DNA from: Patescibacteria group bacterium
GTDB taxonomy: Bacteria; Patescibacteriota; Patescibacteriia; Patescibacteriales; UBA12465
DNA length: 64,000 bases
Assembly: GCA_041651195.1 (NCBI GenBank)
Contig: JBAZJR010000003.1
Span: 12,662 to 76,661 of the forward strand
Reading direction: 5' to 3'
Under the pieces are notes generated by a model. That model saw nothing but the letters and a program-made list of their open reading frames with translations. It made no database searches and was not told where the DNA came from. A program made the translations under genes and the position numbers. Each line of letters starts with the position of its first letter. Positions within the stretch are counted from its first letter, which is position 1. Positions 18,264 to 27,857 of this stretch are shown here, piece by piece.

Positions 18264-19094
18264 ATGACCAAGCAACAAAAAATTGCCCTGTTCGAGGGTA
18301 AAAAAATCAGAAAAATTTGGGATGAGAACCAAGAAAAATGGTATTTTTCGGTCGTCGATATCATTTCCGCGCTAACTGACAGCGAAAACCCTAACGATTA
18401 TTGGTATAAGATGAAAATTAGGGTGAAGAGTGAGGATGAAATTGAGCTATCGACAATTTGTCGACCACTGAAATTTTTAGCCAAAGATGGTAAATACTAT
18501 TCATCAGACGCGGCTGATACCGAAGCTATTTTCCGCATCATTCAGTCTATTCCTTCACCTAAGGCCGAGCCATTCAAATTATGGCTGGCTCGTGTCGGTT
18601 ATGAGCGGGTAGAAGAGACTGAAGACCCAGAAAAAGCCATCGGGCGGGCCATGTCAACTTATTTGAAAAAAGGTTATTCCAAAAATTGGGTCGATTTAAG
18701 GCTAAAAAGCATTGAAATCAGGAAAGATTTAACGAATGAATGGCAGGAACGCGGCGTGAAAATCAAAGATGAATTCGCGGTTTTGACCGATGATATCACT
18801 TTTGCTTGGGCGGGTTTAAGGGTGAAAGATTATAAAAATTTAAAAAGTTTAAAGAAAGAGAATCTGCGCGATAATATGACTAATCTGGAATTAGTCTTGA
18901 ATATGCTGGCCGAGGCGTCGACGACGGAAATTTCTCAGGCCGAAGAGCCAAAAACCTTTGGACAGCATCGTGAAATCGCAAAGAAGGGCGGCGGGGTCGC
19001 CGGCAAGGCTAGGGAGGAATTAGAAAAACAGACCGGCCGCCCGGTAATTTCTAAAAATAATTTTTTATTAAGTAAAAAGAAAGAGTTAAAATAA
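18264..19094 (+). CDS. Bro-N domain DNA-binding protein (BRO / DinD-like family, typical of phage and mobile islands)
   Basis: 276 aa. …KIRKIWDENQEKWYFSVVDIISALTDSENPNDYW…IFRIIQSIPSPKAEPFKLWLARVGYERVEETEDPE…KKENLRDNMTNLELV… matches the widely distributed Bro-N family as I recall it. The gene looks lower in GC than its neighbours. Confidence 0.7.
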   Translation: MTKQQKIALFEGKKIRKIWDENQEKWYFSVVDIISALTDSENPNDYWYKMKIRVKSEDEIELSTICRPLKFLAKDGKYYSSDAADTEAIFRIIQSIPSPKAEPFKLWLARVGYERVEETEDPEKAIGRAMSTYLKKGYSKNWVDLRLKSIEIRKDLTNEWQERGVKIKDEFAVLTDDITFAWAGLRVKDYKNLKSLKKENLRDNMTNLELVLNMLAEASTTEISQAEEPKTFGQHREIAKKGGGVAGKAREELEKQTGRPVISKNNFLLSKKKELK

Positions 19095-19113
19095 TTTATT
19101 AACAGTTTTAAAA

Positions 19114-19545
19114 ATGGACGATAAAAGAAGAATATCAATCCTCATTCCCCTGAAGCAGGAAGCAGACAAGATCTTTATCTATCTGCAAAAAAGATCCAAA
19201 GATATGGAACGCTTGCCGAATTTCTTCGGCTTTTGGGGCGGGGGACTGGAAAGCGAGGAGTCGGCCGAGCAGGCTCTAGTGAGAGAGATAAAAGAAGAAC
19301 TGGGTATAGATATTGATATGGACAAAGTCAGATCGTTCAATCGTTATGAATTCCTGAGGAGTATCAAGAACATTTATCTGTTTGAACCAGGCAAGGACTG
19401 GGACGATAGCCTGACTATAGGCGAGGGAGATTACGGCCGCTGGTTTTCGACGGAGGAAGCTCTGGCTCGTCCGGATATCATTTTGGAAGATAAGACGGTA
19501 ATCAATGACTTGGAGAGAATTTTGTTGAAGAAACCTACGAAATAA
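19114..19545 (+). CDS. NUDIX hydrolase
   Basis: Nudix box GGGLESEESAEQALVREIKEELGI (G-x5-E-x7-REUxEExGU). Confidence 0.8.
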   Translation: MDDKRRISILIPLKQEADKIFIYLQKRSKDMERLPNFFGFWGGGLESEESAEQALVREIKEELGIDIDMDKVRSFNRYEFLRSIKNIYLFEPGKDWDDSLTIGEGDYGRWFSTEEALARPDIILEDKTVINDLERILLKKPTK

Positions 19546-19546
19546 T

Positions 19547-20077
19547 ATGAAGATCCTCATCTTCTTACAGGGCACCGTCATCATGCATCCTGGCGCCGCC
19601 GGGAAGACGCGGGCAGACATCATCCAACAAGTCAGAGATCAAGAAGATTCCGTGCGAGATTTTAAAAATTATATACCGATCGGCCGAGCGCCGGAAAAAT
19701 TACGAACTTGGGCGGAGCAGGGCGCTGAAATATGTTATCTGAGCGCTTTATCCGAGAATAAGAAAGCGCGCGGCGATGAAGTGGTCGGCCGCGAAGGGTT
19801 GAAAGCTGATAGTATCGTCTTGGAGCGCTATGGGTTTCCGGCTGGGATCATCTATCATCGCGCTGCCCAGGAAAGTTATCAGGTGGTTGTCGAGCAGATG
19901 CGGCCATTGCCTGACATCCTGATAGAAGACGACTGTGAAAGCATCGGCGGGGCAAGTGAGATGACTTATCCTTATATCGCCTTAGAACTGAAAGAAAAAA
20001 TAAAATCAGTAGTAGTCAGAGAGTTTATCGGCATCGACCATTTACCCGCCGATCATAGAGATTTATATAAGACATAA
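19547..20077 (+). CDS. hypothetical protein (possibly a HAD-like fold lacking the catalytic Asp pair)
   Basis: 176 aa. The start is 1 nt after the Nudix stop. The N-terminal MKILIFLQGTV stands where HAD motif I (DxDGT) would be, and ILIEDDCESIG resembles motif IV. This is weak pattern recognition only. Confidence 0.3.
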   Translation: MKILIFLQGTVIMHPGAAGKTRADIIQQVRDQEDSVRDFKNYIPIGRAPEKLRTWAEQGAEICYLSALSENKKARGDEVVGREGLKADSIVLERYGFPAGIIYHRAAQESYQVVVEQMRPLPDILIEDDCESIGGASEMTYPYIALELKEKIKSVVVREFIGIDHLPADHRDLYKT

Positions 20078-20086
20078 AACAATAGT

Positions 20087-20359
20087 ATGGAAAACTTAGA
20101 GCAAAAGATACAAAAAATAGAAGATCGGAATAACCGGGTAGAGGCTGATAAGTCTTGGGAAACCAGCTGGGCGAGACGCGGCTTATTGATGCTGTTTACC
20201 TATCTGGCCATCGGAGCTTATCTGCAGGCGATCAACATCTCTCAACCTTGGTTGAACGCTGTCGTCCCGGCCGTGGCTTTTATGCTATCGACACTAACGA
20301 TGCCATTTTTTAAAAAAATGTGGTTGAAGAATAAACAGTCAGCGCGTAAGACAGAATAA
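20087..20359 (+). CDS. small two-TM membrane protein, unknown function
   Basis: 90 aa. A charged N-terminal helix (QKIQKIEDRNNRVEADKSWETSWARR) is followed by two hydrophobic segments. Confidence 0.5.
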   Translation: MENLEQKIQKIEDRNNRVEADKSWETSWARRGLLMLFTYLAIGAYLQAINISQPWLNAVVPAVAFMLSTLTMPFFKKMWLKNKQSARKTE

Positions 20360-20361
20360 TT

Positions 20362-20790
20362 ATGTGCCCCTTCTGCGACCAGAAAAATTTACAACCCCGG
20401 CTGATATATCAGGACGATCTGATCCGGGCTTTCCCGACCAATATCCCGATCGTGCCGGGCCATACTCTGATCTGTCCGGTGCGGCATGCCGCTAAGATTG
20501 ATGAGCTGTCCGATCAAGAATTAAAGGCGATCAAAGATTTTCTAATCAGATTAAAAGAGGGTTTGAGAAAAAGTTTTAACGCCATTGGATTCAATATCGC
20601 TTGGAACGAGGGCGTGGCCGGCGGGCAGGAAGTTGATCACCTACATATCCATGTCTTGCCGCGGACGAACGGCGATACCGGAGTTTATGGGTACGAACCG
20701 CGCCAATTCCTGTATCGGCCGGGAGCGCGTAGCGAATCGCCGGTACAAGAGTTACAAGAAATAGCTATGCTGATCAGAAAAAATATATGA
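20362..20790 (+). CDS. HIT (histidine triad) family nucleotide hydrolase/transferase
   Basis: CPFC zinc-type N-terminus and histidine triad EVDHLHIHVLPR. Confidence 0.8.
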   Translation: MCPFCDQKNLQPRLIYQDDLIRAFPTNIPIVPGHTLICPVRHAAKIDELSDQELKAIKDFLIRLKEGLRKSFNAIGFNIAWNEGVAGGQEVDHLHIHVLPRTNGDTGVYGYEPRQFLYRPGARSESPVQELQEIAMLIRKNI

Positions 20791-21689
20791 AGATAGTAGT
20801 CGCGCAAAATTTAAATTTAAATAACGAAGAAAGGGCCCGGTTGGATAAATTGGGGACCGTTAAGTATTATGATGACTTAGCCGCCACGCCGGAAGAATGG
20901 CTGACTCGCTGCCAAGGGGCTGACGCTGTCTGTACGGGTCGCTTCGGCCTGAAACAAAAAGTTTATGAATTGGAAAATATTTTTCTTTCTTTGCCTTTTG
21001 TCGGCACCGGATTCTTGGATGTAACGAAACTGCAAGCGAGGAATATCAAAGTCTCCAGATGCCCGGGCTGTAATAAGGAGGCGGTGAGCGAATGGATCCT
21101 GGCCATGATGCTGGAGCTATTCCGGGAAATCCCGTATTACCTCAACCGACTGGACTTATCGACCAGGCGGCCGGAGTCCGCTAAAGGTTTGGCGGATAAA
21201 ACCGTAACTATATTGGGTCAGGGGAATATCGGATCAAGAGTGGGCAAGATTTGCGAAGCTTTAGAGATGAAGGTCAGATATTTTAACCGGGGCGATGATT
21301 TGCTGGGATCTATAAAAGATGCCGATGTGGTAGTAGATGCCTTAAGTTTAAACCCCAGTACAGTCGGCCTATTAAATAGAGATTTTTTCAACTCTTTCAA
21401 ACCAGGTTCGTATTTCATAACCGTCACCAGTTCGGAGATATATGATTTAGAAGCGATGCTGGAAGCTTTAGACAGTAATCTTTTGGCCGGTGTCGCGACT
21501 GATTGCGGCTCTATCCAATTCGGCGATGTGGCTGATCCGCTCTATATCCGGCTCGCCCAACATCCTAAAATCTTGGCGACGCCGCATATCGCGCATAATA
21601 CCGACGTGACTGACCGGCGCGGCAATAAGATGATGATCGATAATATTGAAGCTTATCTGGAAGGCGCGCCGATAAATTTAATTTACTAA
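20787..21689 (+). CDS. D-isomer-specific 2-hydroxyacid dehydrogenase family protein (NAD-binding)
   Basis: 300 aa. Rossmann loop ILGQGNIGSRVGKI and C-terminal …LATPHIAHNT. ATGA overlap with the upstream HIT gene. Confidence 0.7.
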   Translation: MKIVVAQNLNLNNEERARLDKLGTVKYYDDLAATPEEWLTRCQGADAVCTGRFGLKQKVYELENIFLSLPFVGTGFLDVTKLQARNIKVSRCPGCNKEAVSEWILAMMLELFREIPYYLNRLDLSTRRPESAKGLADKTVTILGQGNIGSRVGKICEALEMKVRYFNRGDDLLGSIKDADVVVDALSLNPSTVGLLNRDFFNSFKPGSYFITVTSSEIYDLEAMLEALDSNLLAGVATDCGSIQFGDVADPLYIRLAQHPKILATPHIAHNTDVTDRRGNKMMIDNIEAYLEGAPINLIY

Positions 21690-21715
21690 AATTACTTGTC
21701 TAGAGTGAATAAATT

Positions 21716-22462
21716 ATGATGAATAGCATCCTGAAAAGCGTCCAGGCGGAGCTCGCAGATAGCGGACTCGCCATCGCGGCGGATAAAAAGCAGCTGATGA
21801 CCGATGGCCAGTATCTGGCGGCGCATAAGAACCAGCTGAACTATCTGTTCAAGACTTGTAAGAAATATTACGAGCCCGGGGCGAAATTTTTAGATATCGG
21901 CTCGTCGTTCGGCTATCCTTGCCTGGGCGCAAAATTGATCGGCTATGATGCCTACGGCCTAGATGTGCCGGAAATGGTCGCGAAATTCGCCGCCCGCTTC
22001 AAGTATTTCGGCATCGAAAACATCGCGAGCGACCTGTCTTTGAAGAAAAGCCCTTTTTCCAGTCGGAAATTTGATATGATCTTGGTGAGCGCCATACCGG
22101 AATCCGCCGATTATCAGGCTACCCGTTTTTTCGGCGAAGTAGCGCGGCTCCTGAAGCCGGGCGGAGTAGTGATCATGGCCGCGGCCAATCTCTTGCGCTT
22201 CCGCCACCTGGCCAAGATCCTGCTCAGCCTTAAGCGGCACCGGCAGATTAAGAGCAAGCCGTCCGGAGATTATTATTACGAATTTGCCGCGACGGAGTTA
22301 TCCTATCTTTTAACTAAGAATGGCTTGAATGTCGAGCAGGTCAAATATCGCAACTTTAATCATGCCGGCTCGGCCTGGCTCGGCCAGAAGTTATTTAATT
22401 ATCTGAGCGGCCTGTTATGGCCGCACCGCAAGGGGAACCTGGTCGTGACGGCCAGAAAATAA
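21716..22462 (+). CDS. class I SAM-dependent methyltransferase
   Basis: Motif I FLDIGSSFGYPCL and post-I/II motifs …FDMILVSAI…LLKPGGVVIM. Confidence 0.65.
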   Translation: MMNSILKSVQAELADSGLAIAADKKQLMTDGQYLAAHKNQLNYLFKTCKKYYEPGAKFLDIGSSFGYPCLGAKLIGYDAYGLDVPEMVAKFAARFKYFGIENIASDLSLKKSPFSSRKFDMILVSAIPESADYQATRFFGEVARLLKPGGVVIMAAANLLRFRHLAKILLSLKRHRQIKSKPSGDYYYEFAATELSYLLTKNGLNVEQVKYRNFNHAGSAWLGQKLFNYLSGLLWPHRKGNLVVTARK

Positions 22463-22477
22463 GCTGATAATATCTAT

Positions 22478-22985
22478 ATGAAATTAAATTTAGGCTGCGG
22501 CCGGGAAAAATTAGCAGGGTATACCGGCGTGGATCGGATCAAGACGCCGGCGGTCGACGTCGTCCATGATCTTGATGTCTTCCCATACCCCTTTCCTGAT
22601 AACGCGGCGGAAGAGATCATGCTGGATAATGTCTTGGAACATCTGGATGATGTCATAAAAGTGATGGCGGAAATATACCGCTTGGCGGCTCCGGGCGCCC
22701 TAGTCAAGATTTCGGTTCCTTATTTCAAGAGTAATAGCGCTTTTACGGATCCGACCCATCGGCATTTTTTCTCGGAAACCAGCTTTAAGTATTTTACCGC
22801 GGATAATCCTCTATTTTTATAGTCCGGCTCGCTTTGAAATTATTAAGACGGAGCTGATTGCCCGGACGGAGTATAAGGATGCCAAGCATTTTTTGCGGAA
22901 TCTCCTGCCGTTCAAGAAATTGCTGAATTATTTTTTGTTCAATATTTACGACGAGATCTATTTTGAATTGCGCGCGCTAAAATAA
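22478..22985 (+). pseudogene. SAM-dependent methyltransferase (type 11-like) interrupted by a frameshift in a T5 run
   Basis: Frame 2 gives MKLNLGCGREKLAGYTGVD…LEHLDD…LAAPGALVKISVPYF…FFSETSFKYFTADNPLFL*, with the stop at 22820-22822. The next frame continues without a start codon as YFYSPARFEIIKTELIARTEYKDAKHFLRNLLPFKKLLNYFLFNIYDEIYFELRALK*, ending at 22985. Removing one T from ctaTTTTTat (22814-22818) fuses the two halves. Confidence 0.7.
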
Positions 22986-23013
22986 CATTTTAAATAATCA
23001 TTAACTTATCAAT

Positions 23014-25998
23014 ATGTCCGAAGAAGCAAAAAATCCGATCGCTAATTCTTTCCCGCAATTTGAGGAGGAAGTTTTAAGATTTTGGCAGAGCGCGGATATC
23101 TTCAATAAGACCCTAGCCAAGCCGGCGCCGCGCGGCGATTATGTCTTTTACGACGGGCCGCCTTTCGCCACCGGTACGCCGCATTACGGCCATATCGTCG
23201 CGAGCATCATGAAAGATATCATCCCGCGCTACCAGACGATGCGCGGCTATCACGTCGATCGCAAATGGGGTTGGGATTGCCATGGCCTGCCGATCGAGAA
23301 TATCGTGGAAAAAGAATTAGGCACGAAGACCAAGAAAGAGATCGTTGATCTCGGCGTCGCCAGATTCAATGACTTATGCCGAGCACGCGTCCTGACTTAT
23401 GTGGATGAATGGAAGAAGGTGATCGGGCGTCTGGGCCGCTGGGCCGATATGGATAATGCCTATAAGACCATGGATCTGGATTTTATGGATTCCATCTGGT
23501 GGGCTTTCAAGAAACTATGGGACGCCGGCCTGATCTATCAGGACTATCGTTCGATGCATATCTGTCCGCGTTGCGAAACAACCCTGTCGCAATCCGAAGT
23601 GACCGAAGGCTACCGTGACATCAAAGACTTGTCCGTCATCGCCAAATTTGAGTTGTTGGATGAACCGGGCACTTTCGTCTTGGCTTGGACCACGACGCCT
23701 TGGACCTTGATCGGCAATGTCGCTTTAGCGGTCGGTGGCGATATCAAGTACGTAAAGGTCTTAAGCGGCGCGGATAAATTCATCCTGGCGGCGGACCGCT
23801 TAGCTGAGGTTTTTAAAGATAAGGAGGACTATAAGATCCTGCAGAAATATGAAGGCGACGAGCTGGCCGGGAAAGCCTATAAACCTTTATTTGATTATTA
23901 TTCTGCTGACCAATCTTGGCCGAATCATGCTAATGGCTGGAAAATCTATGCCGGTGATTTCGTAACGACGACCGACGGCACCGGCGTCGTCCACATTGCG
24001 CCAGCCTTCGGCGAAGATGATATGAAGCTTGGCCGGGAGAAAAATCTGCCTTTTATCCAGCATGTCGGCATGGACGGCTTATTCAAGCCGGAAGTGAAGG
24101 ATTTCCTTGGCTTGCACGTGAAGCCGATCGAGGACCATACTTCCACTGACGTGGAAATAATAAAATATCTGGCCGCGCACGGCACATTATTCAGCAAAGA
24201 AAAATACGAACACAGCTATCCGCATTGCTGGCGTTGCGATACCCCGCTCATCAATTACGCGACCTCTTCTTGGTTCGTCGGCGTGACCAAGGTCAAGGAG
24301 CAATTATTGAACAATGCCAAGCCGATCAACTGGTCGCCGGATTATATCAAGGAGGGGCGTTTCGGCAATTGGCTGGAAGGCGCCCGCGATTGGTCTATTT
24401 CCCGCCAGCGTTTCTGGGCCAGCGCCATCCCGATCTGGGAATGTGCCTGCGGCGAGCGCCGGGTCGTCGGCAGCGTCAGCGAATTGGAAGGATTAACCGG
24501 GCAGCCGATCACGGATATCCATAAAGATAAAGTCGACCCGCTGACTTTCAAGTGTTTGAAATGCGGCGGCGAGATGAGGCGCATCAGCGATGTCATCGAT
24601 TGCTGGTTCGAGTCCGGTTCGATGCCTTTCGCCCAGCTCCACTACCCCGCGGAAAATAAAGAGAAATTTGAAAAGAATTTTCCAGCGCAATTCATCGCCG
24701 AGGGCGTCGATCAGACCCGCGCCTGGTTCTACTATCTGCACGTCATCGCCGGCGGCATTTTCAAGAAGAATGCTTATCAGAATGTGATCACGAACGGCAT
24801 CGTTTTAGCGGAGGACGGCAAGAAGATGTCTAAGCGCTTGAATAATTATCCGGATCCGATGCTGGTTATGGAAAAATACGGCGCGGATGCCTTGCGCGCC
24901 TATCTGGCCGCGGCGCCGGTCATGGCGGCGGAGAATCTGAATTTTTCTGAGAAGGGCGTTCAGGAAGCCTTGCGCAAGAATATCATGATCTTATGGAACG
25001 TCTATAAATTCTATGAGATGTTCCAGGGAGACGCGGTCCAGCTGGGGGAGAAAGATAAAGCCAGCGTCCATGTCCTAGATAAATGGATCTTGGCGAAACT
25101 CCAGGCGCTTACGAGCGAGGTTACGGCCGCCCTAGAAGCCTATAATCTGCCGAAAGCGGTCCGGCCGCTCACCGATTTTATCGATGAGCTATCAACCTGG
25201 TATCTGCGCCGCAGCCGCGACCGTTTCAAAGCCGAAGACGAGGCGGATAAGCAGAGCGCCCTGGCTACCACTCGCTATGTCCTCTTAGAACTAGCGAAAC
25301 TCATGGCGCCATTTATGCCTTTTATGGCGGAGAATCTGTGGCAGAAAGTGAACGGCGTTAATTTCCAAGACCCTAACCAGTCGGTGCATCTGGAAGACTG
25401 GCCATCCGTTCCAAGACGCTTGTCTTATTGGAAAAAAACGGTGTACCGCCTGCTTCCCGGCCGGAAGGCCGATGCGGTCTTAGCCGATATGGCTCTGGTC
25501 CGCCATATCGTGGAATTAGGCCTGGCGAAACGCGATGCCGCCGGCATCAAGATCCGGCAGATGCTCAGCGGCCTAAAAGTAAAGAATGCCAGGCTGAAGA
25601 TCTTGGGCGAGGAATACCGGCAACTCATCAAGGATGAAGTGAATGTCCAGTCGGTTTCTTTTGAGGCGGCGAGCGGCAACCAGGACGGCAAATTAGAGGT
25701 GGAGCTCGATACGACGATCACTCCCGAATTGAAGCAGGAAGGTCTCAAGCGTGAATTGATCCGCCTGATCAACGGTCTGCGCAAAGATCTCAACCTCACC
25801 TTGGCCGATACCGTAGTCGCCTCTATCTATGGCGCCGATGAAGAAATTGGGCAGACGATCAGCGGCAAGAGAGAAGAAATCGCCAAAGATACTTTAAGCC
25901 GGGAAATCCGTCTCTTAGATCAGGTGCCAGACGGCGCGGCCGCGAAAGAAGTCTCAGTCAATGGCGTGGTTCTATGGATCAGCCTGGAAAAGATCTGA
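23014..25998 (+). CDS. ileS: isoleucine--tRNA ligase (type 2, eukaryote/archaea-like)
   Basis: 994 aa. YDGPPFATGTPHYGHIV (HIGH), WGWDCHGLPIE, WTTTPWTL, KMSKRL (KMSKS). Confidence 0.93.
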   Translation: MSEEAKNPIANSFPQFEEEVLRFWQSADIFNKTLAKPAPRGDYVFYDGPPFATGTPHYGHIVASIMKDIIPRYQTMRGYHVDRKWGWDCHGLPIENIVEKELGTKTKKEIVDLGVARFNDLCRARVLTYVDEWKKVIGRLGRWADMDNAYKTMDLDFMDSIWWAFKKLWDAGLIYQDYRSMHICPRCETTLSQSEVTEGYRDIKDLSVIAKFELLDEPGTFVLAWTTTPWTLIGNVALAVGGDIKYVKVLSGADKFILAADRLAEVFKDKEDYKILQKYEGDELAGKAYKPLFDYYSADQSWPNHANGWKIYAGDFVTTTDGTGVVHIAPAFGEDDMKLGREKNLPFIQHVGMDGLFKPEVKDFLGLHVKPIEDHTSTDVEIIKYLAAHGTLFSKEKYEHSYPHCWRCDTPLINYATSSWFVGVTKVKEQLLNNAKPINWSPDYIKEGRFGNWLEGARDWSISRQRFWASAIPIWECACGERRVVGSVSELEGLTGQPITDIHKDKVDPLTFKCLKCGGEMRRISDVIDCWFESGSMPFAQLHYPAENKEKFEKNFPAQFIAEGVDQTRAWFYYLHVIAGGIFKKNAYQNVITNGIVLAEDGKKMSKRLNNYPDPMLVMEKYGADALRAYLAAAPVMAAENLNFSEKGVQEALRKNIMILWNVYKFYEMFQGDAVQLGEKDKASVHVLDKWILAKLQALTSEVTAALEAYNLPKAVRPLTDFIDELSTWYLRRSRDRFKAEDEADKQSALATTRYVLLELAKLMAPFMPFMAENLWQKVNGVNFQDPNQSVHLEDWPSVPRRLSYWKKTVYRLLPGRKADAVLADMALVRHIVELGLAKRDAAGIKIRQMLSGLKVKNARLKILGEEYRQLIKDEVNVQSVSFEAASGNQDGKLEVELDTTITPELKQEGLKRELIRLINGLRKDLNLTLADTVVASIYGADEEIGQTISGKREEIAKDTLSREIRLLDQVPDGAAAKEVSVNGVVLWISLEKI

Positions 25999-26035
25999 TT
26001 AATTAAAATAATCTAATTAACTAAATAAAAAATCT

Positions 26036-26812
26036 ATGGAATTCTCTTATTTTCTAGTCATCGTCGTCGCGTTTGTCATCTTGATCAGCTTGAAGCAGAT
26101 CAATCAGTATGAGCGCGGCGTTAAGTTCACCATGGGGCGCTATCAGGGCATCATGGCGCCGGGCTGGCGGATCGTCTGGCCGATCTTCCAGACTTATAAG
26201 AAGGTCGATATTCGGGTCAAGGCGGTCGATGTGCCGGACCAGAAGGCGATCACCCGCGATAACGTTTCCGTGACCGTCAACGCCGTCATCTATTACAAGG
26301 TTGCTTTTGCCGAGAAAGCGGTCATCGAAGTCGAGAACTTCTATTACGCGATTTCCCAATACGCGCAGACGACGATGCGTAATATCGTCGGCTCGGTTAC
26401 TTTGGACGAATTATTGAGCAAGCGCGACGAGATTGCTGACCGGATCAAGGAAATCGTCGATCGCGAAACTGACGAATGGGGCATCAAAGTCAATAATGTC
26501 GAGTTGAAAGACGTCTCTTTGCCGGAATCGATGGAGCGCACGATCGCTAAGCAGGCGGAAGCGGAAAGAGAGAAGCGGGCGGTGATTATCAATTCCGAAG
26601 GCGAATTAGCTGCCGCAGAGAACATATCCCAGGCCGCATCCATTTTGGCCAAATCTGACGGCGCCCTGCATCTACGGACATTGCAATCTATCAATGATCT
26701 TTCCAGCGATCAATCTAACACTGTAATCTTTGTTACGCCGGTGGAAATATTGAAAGCTTTTTCCACTTTTGCCGATCAGGCTAACGGCCATAAGGCCGGA
26801 AAAACGGAGTAG
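26036..26812 (+). CDS. SPFH/band-7 (stomatin/prohibitin-like) membrane protein
   Basis: N-terminal TM helix, then …INQYERGVKFTMGRY…PGWRIVWPIFQ…VDVPDQKAITRDNVSVTVNAVIYYKV…AEAEREKRAVIINSEGE. Confidence 0.85.
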   Translation: MEFSYFLVIVVAFVILISLKQINQYERGVKFTMGRYQGIMAPGWRIVWPIFQTYKKVDIRVKAVDVPDQKAITRDNVSVTVNAVIYYKVAFAEKAVIEVENFYYAISQYAQTTMRNIVGSVTLDELLSKRDEIADRIKEIVDRETDEWGIKVNNVELKDVSLPESMERTIAKQAEAEREKRAVIINSEGELAAAENISQAASILAKSDGALHLRTLQSINDLSSDQSNTVIFVTPVEILKAFSTFADQANGHKAGKTE

Positions 26813-26856
26813 GCCGGGAAGACGGAATAAATTAAGAATGTAATAATCTTACCGAT

Positions 26857-27810
26857 ATGACTACTAAACAAATCTTTGACCTGGCGCTTAAGTTGGGCAT
26901 AGATTCCGATTTGCGCGGGAAAGAGAAAGTCAAGAAATATCTCAGCCGCGAGAAGAAGAGATATGAGAAATTAGAACCGGAGTCGAAAAAATATTATGAC
27001 TCAGAAAAATTGACCAATCCGTATAGCGACTCCCGAATTCTAGTCGATAATAAGCGTCCGCAGGTCAAGAAGATCCTGACGGGCATCGATATGGAGGGCG
27101 CGGAATTATTATTGGCCAAGCAATTAGGCGCGGATCTGGTCATTGCCCATCATCCGGCCGGCGTTGCTCTGGCTGACCTTCATAGCGTGATGGACTTGCA
27201 GGCCGAAGTCCTGGCCGATTACGGCGTCCCGATCAATATCGCCGAGTCGGTCATCAAACCGAGGATTTCCGAAATCAGCCGCCGTTTCTCGCCGATCAAC
27301 CATAATCAACCCGTGGATATGGCGAAAATTTTGGGGTTGGATCTGATGTGCACGCATACGATCGCTGATAATTTGGGCGCCAATTTCATGGTCAAACTGA
27401 TCAAGAAGAAGGAAAGGGAACTGGAACACGTCGAAGACTTGCTCGCGTTATTGATGGAAGTCCCGGAGTACCAGATCGCCCGAAGCTTGAAAGCCGGACC
27501 GATCCTATTCGCCGGCACGCCGGATAACCACTGCGGCAAGATCGTCGTGACCGAATTCACCGGCGGCACCGAGGGTTCCAAGGATATGTATGAGAAGATG
27601 GCCCAGTACGGCATCGGGACCATCGTCGGTATGCATATGTCGGAAGAGCATCGCAAAGAAGCAGAAAGATACCATATTAATGTCGTCATCGCCGGGCACA
27701 TGTCCTCGGATTCTCTGGGCATGAATCTGATGCTGGACGAATTTGAGAAGAAGGGGATCGAGGTCATCCCGGTGTCTGGGCTGATTAGGGTGAAGAGGTT
27801 TAAGAAATGA
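26857..27810 (+). CDS. NIF3 (NGG1p-interacting factor 3)-like dinuclear-metal protein
   Basis: 317 aa. …GADLVIAHHPAG…, …DLMCTHTIADN…, …VVIAGHMSSDSLGMN… resemble NIF3-family metal ligands. Assigned from memory of the family pattern. Confidence 0.5.
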   Translation: MTTKQIFDLALKLGIDSDLRGKEKVKKYLSREKKRYEKLEPESKKYYDSEKLTNPYSDSRILVDNKRPQVKKILTGIDMEGAELLLAKQLGADLVIAHHPAGVALADLHSVMDLQAEVLADYGVPINIAESVIKPRISEISRRFSPINHNQPVDMAKILGLDLMCTHTIADNLGANFMVKLIKKKERELEHVEDLLALLMEVPEYQIARSLKAGPILFAGTPDNHCGKIVVTEFTGGTEGSKDMYEKMAQYGIGTIVGMHMSEEHRKEAERYHINVVIAGHMSSDSLGMNLMLDEFEKKGIEVIPVSGLIRVKRFKK

Positions 27811-27826
27811 TTGATTTTAAGATATG

Positions 27827-27857
27827 AAAAAAGAGCTTTTTTAAAAAGCTCTTTTTT
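27827..27857. terminator. bidirectional rho-independent terminator between convergent genes
   Basis: Near-perfect palindrome aaaaaagagcTTTTTTAAAAAgctctttttt (27827-27857), flanked by an A-run and a T-run. It overlaps the stop codon of the minus-strand gene at 27856. Confidence 0.7.
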
